47,231 nt of DNA from contig DHIV01000103.1 of assembly GCA_002403995.1 (NCBI GenBank), positions 4,488 to 51,718 of the forward strand, in the 5' to 3' direction. Shown here piece after piece: positions 40,732 through 47,231 of the stretch. A model generated the notes under the pieces. It did not search any database. It was given only the letters and a program-made list of their open reading frames with translations, and was not told the origin of the DNA. A program made the translations under genes and the position numbers. Position 1 is the first letter of the stretch. The number at the start of each line of letters is the position of its first letter. The stretch is from Gallionella sp. UBA4737. GTDB lineage: Bacteria > Pseudomonadota > Gammaproteobacteria > Burkholderiales > Gallionellaceae.

Positions 40732-41194
40732 CGGGAAGGCAACGTCAACTCCAGTTTCCATCCCGCAGGGCACACTTCTCGCATTCGATTTCGGCACCAA
40801 ACGCATCGGCATCGCCGTTGGCAATACCGTGTTGCGCCGTGCCAGTCCCTTGGCCACCATCAACGAAGAAAAGACCGAAGCGCGCTTTGCAGCGATCGCC
40901 GCGCTACTGAATGAGTGGCAGCCCGGCGCGCTGGTGGTGGGTCTGCCCAGCAACGACGACGGCACGCCGCACGAGCTTACCGCGCTGTGCCGCCGCTTCG
41001 CCAACCGCCTCAAGGGACGGTTTAAATTGCCGGTGATTTTGCTGGATGAGCGTTATACTTCGCTTGCCGCAAGCGCGCAGCTGAACGAGGAGGGTATCCA
41101 CGGCATGAAGCAGAAAGCCTTGATCGACCAATATGCAGCGCAGCAGATCTTGCAGGCCTATTTTGATGAACCCGCAGCGGGAATACTCGCATGA
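40724..41194 (+). CDS. ruvX: Pre-16S rRNA nuclease YqgF/RuvX
   Basis: [26 protein letters not shown]. Confidence 0.95.
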   Translation: MPDGKATSTPVSIPQGTLLAFDFGTKRIGIAVGNTVLRRASPLATINEEKTEARFAAIAALLNEWQPGALVVGLPSNDDGTPHELTALCRRFANRLKGRFKLPVILLDERYTSLAASAQLNEEGIHGMKQKALIDQYAAQQILQAYFDEPAAGILA

Positions 41195-42147
41195 ACAACC
41201 CACAGTTAAACAAACACGGCGAACTCCAGCACCTGCTGACGACTGAGGGATTGCCGGTGCAGATCCTGCGCGACATCCTCGACAAGGCCGCGACCTTCGT
41301 CGATGTCAGCGATGGGGACGAGATCAAGAAGGTGCCTTTGCTGCACGGCAAATCGGTGTTCAACGTGTTCTTCGAGAACAGCACGCGCACCCGCACCACG
41401 TTCGAGATCGCTGCCAAGCGCCTATCGGCGGACGTGGTCAACCTGAATATCGGCTCATCATCCACCAGCAAGGGCGAAACGCTGCTGGATACCGTGGATA
41501 ACCTGTGCGCGATGCACGCCGACATGTTCGTGGTGCGCCATGCGCAAAGCGGGGCGGCGCATTTCATCGCGCGCCATGTCGCTCCGGAGATCCACGTCAT
41601 CAACGCCGGCGATGGGCGCCATGCGCATCCGACGCAGGCGCTGCTGGATATGTTCACGATCCGCCACTACAAGAAGGAATTTCACAATCTGCGCGTCGTC
41701 ATCGTCGGCGATGTGCTGCATTCGCGCGTGGCGCGCTCGCAGATCCACGCGCTGACCACGCTGGGCGTGCCGGAGGTGCGCGTCATCGCGCCCAAGACGC
41801 TGCTTCCGACCATGGTCGAGAAGCTCGGCGTGCAGGTCTACCACAACATGGCACAGGGAATGAAGGACGTGGATGTGGTGCTGATGCTGCGCCTGCAGAA
41901 CGAGCGCATGCAGGGCGCGGCATTGCCCTCGGCGCAGGAATATTTCAAGAACTATGGCCTCACCGAGGAGAAGCTGGCCTATGCAAAACCGGATGCGATC
42001 GTGATGCACCCCGGCCCGATGAACCGCGGTGTGGAGATCGATTCCTGCGTAGCGGACGGTGCGCAATCGGTGATTTTGCCGCAGGTCACATTCGGCATCG
42101 CGGTGCGGATGGCGGTGATGAGTATGCTGGCGGGAGGCAAGCAATGA
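41191..42147 (+). CDS. pyrB: Aspartate carbamoyltransferase, catalytic subunit
   Basis: [40 protein letters not shown]. Confidence 0.98.
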   Translation: MNNPQLNKHGELQHLLTTEGLPVQILRDILDKAATFVDVSDGDEIKKVPLLHGKSVFNVFFENSTRTRTTFEIAAKRLSADVVNLNIGSSSTSKGETLLDTVDNLCAMHADMFVVRHAQSGAAHFIARHVAPEIHVINAGDGRHAHPTQALLDMFTIRHYKKEFHNLRVVIVGDVLHSRVARSQIHALTTLGVPEVRVIAPKTLLPTMVEKLGVQVYHNMAQGMKDVDVVLMLRLQNERMQGAALPSAQEYFKNYGLTEEKLAYAKPDAIVMHPGPMNRGVEIDSCVADGAQSVILPQVTFGIAVRMAVMSMLAGGKQ

Positions 42148-43424
42148 ACATCCATATCAAAGGCGGCCGCCTGATCGATCCCAGGAACAGGATCGATGCG
42201 CAACAGGACGTGTACATCGCCGACCAGCGCATCGCCGCCATCGGCGCTGCTCCCGCCGGGTTCGTCGCCACCCGGGTGATCGATGCCAGCGGGCTGATCG
42301 TAGTACCCGGTCTGGTGGATGTTTCGGCGCGCTTGCGCGAGCCGGGCTACGAATACCGGGCCACGCTGGAATCGGAGATGGATGCTGCGGTCGCGGGCGG
42401 GGTCACCTCGCTGGTGTGTCCGCCGGATACCGATCCGCCGCTCGATGAACCCGGGCTGGTGGAGATGCTCAAGCACCGCGCACGCTCGCTGAATCAGGCG
42501 CGGGTGTTCCCGGTCGGTGCACTGACCTATGGATTAAAGGGCGCGGAACTGACCGAGATGGTGGAGTTGACCGAAGCGGGTTGCAAGGCGTTCGGTCAGG
42601 CCGATGCGCCGCTCACGGACACGCGCGTGTTGCTGCGCGCGATGCAATATGCCGCGACTTTCGGCTACCGCGTATGGCTGCGCCCGCAGGATAGTTTCCT
42701 CGCCAAGAACGGGGTGGCGCATGATGGCGAAGTCGCGACACGCCTCGGCCTGCCCGCCATTCCGGTGATCGCCGAGACAGTCGCGCTGGACACCATGCTG
42801 CAACTGGCCCGCGAGACCGGCGTCAAGCTGCACCTGTGCCGTATCTCCAGCGCGGCAGGCGTGGAGCTGATACGCGCGGCCAAGCGCGAAGGTCTTGCGG
42901 TGAGCTGCGATGTGTCGATGAACCACATACACCTGTCCGAAATGGATATCGGCTACTTCGATGCCAATTGCCACCTCGTGCCGCCGCTGCGCAGCCTGCG
43001 CGACAAAGCCGCGCTGCGTGCAGGATTGCGCGATGGAACCATAGACGCCATCTGTTCCGACCATTCGCCGGTGGATGATGATGCCAAACAATTTCCGTTC
43101 GCCGAAGCCGAGGCAGGCGCGACCGGGCTGGAATTGCTGCTGCCGCTGGTGCTGAAGTGGGCTGAACAGGAAAGCATCTCCCTGCCCGATGCGCTGGCGC
43201 GGGTTACCAGCAACGCGGCCAACCTGATCAATCCGAAGATGGGACATTTGTCAGTGGGCGCGCATGGCGATGTGTGCGTGTTCGACCCGGCGGCGGAATG
43301 GAAAGTCGAAGCCGGTGCGCTGAAAAGCCAGGGCAAGAACACCCCGTTCCTTGGTATGCACATGCAGGGGAGAGTGTGTTACACCGTGGTGGAAGGCAAG
43401 ATTGTTTATTCCAACCCGAGCTGA
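42144..43424 (+). CDS. pyrC: Dihydroorotase-like protein (PyrC', probably catalytically inactive)
   Basis: ATG at 42144 overlaps the pyrB stop. [14 protein letters not shown] lacks the HxH Zn ligands; SDHSP and KNTPF are present. Confidence 0.9.
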   Translation: MNIHIKGGRLIDPRNRIDAQQDVYIADQRIAAIGAAPAGFVATRVIDASGLIVVPGLVDVSARLREPGYEYRATLESEMDAAVAGGVTSLVCPPDTDPPLDEPGLVEMLKHRARSLNQARVFPVGALTYGLKGAELTEMVELTEAGCKAFGQADAPLTDTRVLLRAMQYAATFGYRVWLRPQDSFLAKNGVAHDGEVATRLGLPAIPVIAETVALDTMLQLARETGVKLHLCRISSAAGVELIRAAKREGLAVSCDVSMNHIHLSEMDIGYFDANCHLVPPLRSLRDKAALRAGLRDGTIDAICSDHSPVDDDAKQFPFAEAEAGATGLELLLPLVLKWAEQESISLPDALARVTSNAANLINPKMGHLSVGAHGDVCVFDPAAEWKVEAGALKSQGKNTPFLGMHMQGRVCYTVVEGKIVYSNPS

Positions 43425-43581
43425 TCTCGTCGATTAAAACCCTGCACCCGCGTTAAAGTTTAAAATCAATCTGTGCAATCTTTCATTCAGGAATATGCTG
43501 TGAACCCACTATTGGATTTTTAGTTACGGCGTAACTTGCTATGCAAGTTAGCCTGCACTGAAAGTCCAAGCTTATAAAATT

Positions 43582-45753
43582 ATGCTATCGAAAATAAATA
43601 ATCCCTTGTTGGACTTTTCCGGCCTCCCGCGCTTCGCGGAGATCAAACCCGAACACGTCGCTCCCGCGATCGAACAGTTGCTGGCCGAGAACCGCGCGCT
43701 GATCGCGCGTCTGCTGTCGGACACTGCTCCGCCCACCTGGGATGCCTTCGTGCTGCCGATGGAAGATGCCAACGAGCGCTTGTCGCGCGCGTGGGGACCG
43801 GTCGGCCATTTGAACGCAGTGATGAACAGCCCCGAATTGCGCGAGGTGTATAACGCGACACTGCCGAAGATCACCCAGTATTACGCCGAGCTGGGGCAGA
43901 ACCTCGCGCTGTTCGTCAAATTCAAGGCATTGCACAACAGCCCTGAATTCGCGGGCTTGAGTGCGGCGCGCAAGAAGATCATCGAGAACGAGCTGCGCGA
44001 TTTCCGTCTCGGCGGCGCGGAGTTGCCGGACTCACAGAAAGCGCGCTACCTGGAGATACAGGAACGCCAGTCTGAATTGTCATCGCGTTTTTCCGACAAC
44101 CTGCTCGATGCGACCAACGACTACACGCTGGTCATCGAGAACAAGGATGAACTGAGCGGCTTGCCGGATGACGTGCTGCAGGCGGCCCAAGAAGCTGCCC
44201 AGCAAGCAGCCCAAGCGACAAATAAAGATGGCTGGCTGTTCACACTGAAGGCCCCGTCCTATATGCCGGTCATGCAATACGCCGACAATCGCGCGTTGCG
44301 TGAAAAGATGTATCGGGCTTCCGGTACGCGGGCCAGCGAGTTCGGCAAACCGGAATGGGATAACACCAAGCTGATGGAAGAGATCGTCAAGCTGCGCGGC
44401 GAGGAGGCCAGGATGCTGGGCTTCGCCAATTACGGCGAATTGTCGCTGGAAAGCAAGATGGCGAACTCGCCGCAGCAAGTGATCGAGTTCATGCGCGAGC
44501 TGGCGCAACGCGCGCGGCCCTTCGCGGAAAAAGACCTGGCCGAGCTGCGCGAATTCGCGCACAGCGAACTCGGCATAGATGATCTGCAATCCTGGGATGT
44601 GGGCTATGCCAGCGAAAAGCTGCGCGAACAACGCTATGCATTCTCCGACCAGGAAGTAAAACAATATTTCCCCGAAGATGCCGTGCTGCCAGGCATGTTC
44701 AAACTGGTCGAGACGCTGTATGGCTTGCAAATCAAGGCAGCCAGCGCACCGGTGTGGCATGACGACGTGCGTTTCTTCGACATCCGCAATCAGCAAAATC
44801 AACTGGTCGGCCAGTTCTATCTCGACCTGTATGCCCGCAACAGCAAGCGCGGCGGGGCGTGGATGGACGACGTGATCACGCGCCGCCGTCTGAAAAAGGG
44901 AATTCAGACACCGGTTGCGTATCTGAACTGCAATTTCTCTCCACCGGTTGGGGGTGCGGCTGCGAGCAGTGAGCAGGGCCCCGCGCAGCGGGATGTGAAC
45001 GTCCGCGAGTCTGCCGCTAAGCCTGCCACAGTCGCGGATGATGTTGTTGCTTCACATTCTGGCAGGCGCCCAGCGCTCTTTACCCACGACGAAGTCATCA
45101 CGTTGTTCCACGAATTCGGTCACGGCCTGCATCATCTGCTCACAGAAGTCGAAGACCTCGGCGTGTCCGGCATCAATGGGGTGGAATGGGACGCGGTTGA
45201 ATTGCCCAGCCAGTTCATGGAAAATTTCTGCTGGGAGTGGGATGTGGTGCGCGGCATGACAAGACAATCGGATACCGGCGAGCCGTTGCCGCGCGTGCTG
45301 TTCGACAAGATGCTGGCCGCAAAGAATTTCCAGAGCGGGTTACAAACATTGCGGCAGATCGAGTTCTCGCTGTTCGATATGCTGATGCACAGCAACTTCG
45401 AGGCGGGCGGCGGCAAGTCGATATTGCAATTGCTCGACGAAGTGCGCGCCGAGGTGGCGGTGCTGATCCCGCCCGCGTTCCAGCGTTTTCCTCATAGCTT
45501 TTCACACATTTTTTCCGGCGGCTATGCGGCGGGTTATTACAGCTACAAATGGGCGGAGGTGCTGTCTGCCGATGCCTACAGCCTGTTCGAGGAAAACGGC
45601 GTGCTGAATCCCGATGTCGGCGCGCGCTTCCGCAGCGAGATACTGGCGATGGGCGGCAGCCGCGGCGCGATGCAATCTTTCACCGCATTCCGGGGCCGCG
45701 AACCCAGCATAGACGCGCTGTTGCGGCATAATGGGCTGCTCGAAAATGCTTAA
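43582..45753 (+). CDS. prlC: Oligopeptidase A (M3 family), with an in-frame insert
   Basis: NPLL, KRGGAWMD, HEFGHGLHH, WDAVELPSQFMEN, HIFSGGYAAGYYSYKWAEVL. Confidence 0.97.
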   Translation: MLSKINNPLLDFSGLPRFAEIKPEHVAPAIEQLLAENRALIARLLSDTAPPTWDAFVLPMEDANERLSRAWGPVGHLNAVMNSPELREVYNATLPKITQYYAELGQNLALFVKFKALHNSPEFAGLSAARKKIIENELRDFRLGGAELPDSQKARYLEIQERQSELSSRFSDNLLDATNDYTLVIENKDELSGLPDDVLQAAQEAAQQAAQATNKDGWLFTLKAPSYMPVMQYADNRALREKMYRASGTRASEFGKPEWDNTKLMEEIVKLRGEEARMLGFANYGELSLESKMANSPQQVIEFMRELAQRARPFAEKDLAELREFAHSELGIDDLQSWDVGYASEKLREQRYAFSDQEVKQYFPEDAVLPGMFKLVETLYGLQIKAASAPVWHDDVRFFDIRNQQNQLVGQFYLDLYARNSKRGGAWMDDVITRRRLKKGIQTPVAYLNCNFSPPVGGAAASSEQGPAQRDVNVRESAAKPATVADDVVASHSGRRPALFTHDEVITLFHEFGHGLHHLLTEVEDLGVSGINGVEWDAVELPSQFMENFCWEWDVVRGMTRQSDTGEPLPRVLFDKMLAAKNFQSGLQTLRQIEFSLFDMLMHSNFEAGGGKSILQLLDEVRAEVAVLIPPAFQRFPHSFSHIFSGGYAAGYYSYKWAEVLSADAYSLFEENGVLNPDVGARFRSEILAMGGSRGAMQSFTAFRGREPSIDALLRHNGLLENA
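44956..45063. repeat. Composite palindromic insert inside prlC
   Basis: GCTGCG/CGCAGC hairpin (44959-44989), then ATGTGAA (44993-44999) / TTCACAT (45051-45057) enclosing TCCGCGA (45002-45008) / TCGCGGA (45032-45038). Confidence 0.7.
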
Positions 45754-45762
45754 GGAGGCGAA

Positions 45763-46344
45763 ATGAAACACATCGTTTTGCTGCTGGCTTGTCTGGCCAG
45801 CATGTCTGTAAGCGTTCAGGCAGGCGAGCTATACCGCTGGGTGGATTCCTCGGGCAAGGTTTATTACGGAGATGTGCTGCCGGCAGGCGCGATGCAGGTT
45901 GAAGTCAAGAAATTTCCCAAAGACACCACGTCAAACGAATATCTGCCCTACGAAACGTTGCGCGCGCAACAGAATTTTCCGGTTACCCTGTACGTCGGTG
46001 ATGGATGCGGCGAGCCCTGTACTCATGCTCGCGGCTTGCTGAACAAGCGCGGAGTGCCGTTCAGTGAAAAAGTGCTCAAAACCAAAAGCGAGATCGATGC
46101 ATTCCAGAAACTGTCTGGGAGCACCAGTGCACCCACTTTGCAGGTTGGCAAGACTTACCTCAACGGATTTCTGGAATCAGCCTGGAATAACGAGCTTGAC
46201 ATCGCAGGCTATCCTAAGACCGCAAGCTATCGTCAACGTATCGCGCAGCCAGAGCCATCAAACCCTGAAGCGCCGGAAACTCCGCCTGCCGAAGGTCAGT
46301 CTTCCGAAGATCAGACAAGCCCCCCCGAACCAGCCGAGCAATGA
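45763..46344 (+). CDS. Exported DUF4124-like + glutaredoxin-like protein
   Basis: Signal peptide, LYRWVDSSGKVYYGD, PVTLY..CGEPC..LLNKRGVPFSEK, cis-Pro (APTL); AAGGAGG RBS. Confidence 0.85.
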   Translation: MKHIVLLLACLASMSVSVQAGELYRWVDSSGKVYYGDVLPAGAMQVEVKKFPKDTTSNEYLPYETLRAQQNFPVTLYVGDGCGEPCTHARGLLNKRGVPFSEKVLKTKSEIDAFQKLSGSTSAPTLQVGKTYLNGFLESAWNNELDIAGYPKTASYRQRIAQPEPSNPEAPETPPAEGQSSEDQTSPPEPAEQ

Positions 46345-47102
46345 AGCTGGCGACCTGGAACGTCAACTCGCTGAAAGTGCGCCTGCCGCATGTGCTGGAT
46401 TGGCTCGCCGCGAATCCGGTCGATATTCTGTGTCTGCAGGAAACCAAACAGCAGGACGAGGATTTTCCGCATGCAGCATCGCAGGCGGCGGGTTATCACA
46501 GCATATTCAGCGGGCAGAAGACCTATAACGGCGTGGCGATCCTGAGCCGCGCACCAGCCAAGGATGTGCAGCACGGCATCCCCGATCATGACGACGACCA
46601 GAAGCGCGTCATCGCCGCCACCTTTGGCGATATCCGGGTTGTGAATGTTTATGTTCCGAACGGGCAGTCCGTCGATTCCGACAAGTATTACTACAAGCTG
46701 GGCTGGCTCGACAAGCTGCGCAACTGGCTGAAGGAAGAGCTGACGCGCTACCCGAAGCTGGTGGTGTTGGGCGATTACAACATCGCGCCGGAAGACCGCG
46801 ACGTGCATGACCCGGTACTCTGGCAGGGCAACGTGCTGGTCAGCGAAGCCGAGCGCATCCACTTCCAGAACCTGATCAAGCTCGGCCTGCACGACAGCTT
46901 CCGCCTGTTCGAGCAGGCGGAAAAATCTTTCACCTGGTGGGACTACCGGATGATGGCGTTCCGCCGCAACCACGGGTTGCGCATCGACCACATCCTGATC
47001 AGCGAGCCGCTGGTGGCGCAATGCAAAAGCTGCGTGATCGACAGGGCGCCGAGGAAATTGGAGCGGCCTTCGGATCATGTGCCGGTGGTGGTGGATCTGT
47101 AG
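46341..47102 (+). CDS. xthA: Exodeoxyribonuclease III
   Basis: ATWNVNS, LQETK, YNGVAI, YVPNG, GDYNIAP, FTWWDYR, RIDHIL, SDHVPV. Confidence 0.97.
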   Translation: MKLATWNVNSLKVRLPHVLDWLAANPVDILCLQETKQQDEDFPHAASQAAGYHSIFSGQKTYNGVAILSRAPAKDVQHGIPDHDDDQKRVIAATFGDIRVVNVYVPNGQSVDSDKYYYKLGWLDKLRNWLKEELTRYPKLVVLGDYNIAPEDRDVHDPVLWQGNVLVSEAERIHFQNLIKLGLHDSFRLFEQAEKSFTWWDYRMMAFRRNHGLRIDHILISEPLVAQCKSCVIDRAPRKLERPSDHVPVVVDL

Positions 47103-47174
47103 GGGCGCGATTCATCGCGCCCTCCGCCAAATAAGCGCGTAGGTTGGGTTAGCAGTTTCATCGCGTAACCCAAC
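47099..47174 (+). repeat. Two GTAG-type REP palindromes
   Basis: GTAG-GGGCGCGAT-TC-ATCGCGCCC (47099-47122, overlapping the xthA TAG) and GTAG-GTTGGGTTA...TAACCCAAC (47139-47174). Confidence 0.8.
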
Positions 47175-47231
47175 ATCAAGTCAACTTCGCCGGGGGTAGC
47201 CCGGCAACTAGTCACTTTCTTTTGCTTCGCC

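Noticed and set aside
41505..43424. 639-aa ORF suggesting an extended or fused dihydroorotase
   Set aside because: The first 213 codons are an off-frame overlap with pyrB. The real start is ATG 42144, with a GGAGG RBS and ATGA coupling.
44182..44217. AAQEAAQQAAQA repeat in PrlC
   Set aside because: Small degenerate tandem duplication in a helix; no hairpin and no link to the element families.

Overview
Chromosomal, mostly housekeeping region of a betaproteobacterium. Gene content and order suggest Gallionellaceae/Nitrosomonadales (inference only). Gene order: maeB (3' part), small hypothetical, patatin, birA, coaX, SPOR protein, tRNA-Met, miaB, ybeY, corC; cNMP-EAL; RluF-like synthase; a RegB/RegA module with TlpA and a CxxC beta-barrel, carrying two RegA-type boxes; lnt; orphan ccmI-like gene, sensor kinase and sigma54 activator; glnS; TPR protein, L,D-transpeptidase, ppiB, lpxH; glyA-nrdR-rib-nusB-thiL-pgpA-nuclease; cheR-cheD-cheB facing a porin / mini binding protein / MCP trio; yqgE-ruvX-pyrB-pyrC'; prlC, glutaredoxin-like, xthA. 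No transposase, integrase, CRISPR array or rRNA was seen. The most striking signal is that several conserved genes (birA, ybeY, ribD, prlC, possibly lnt and the nuclease) carry in-frame insertions of short palindromic DNA. The ybeY and ribD inserts are homologous (36/47 nt identical) but are read in different frames, which points to a family of miniature mobile elements that insert peptides into proteins. Several intergenic REP-like and heptamer repeats are also present. The second candidate system is the porin + 132-aa binding-protein-like + chemoreceptor cassette next to an isolated cheRDB set.
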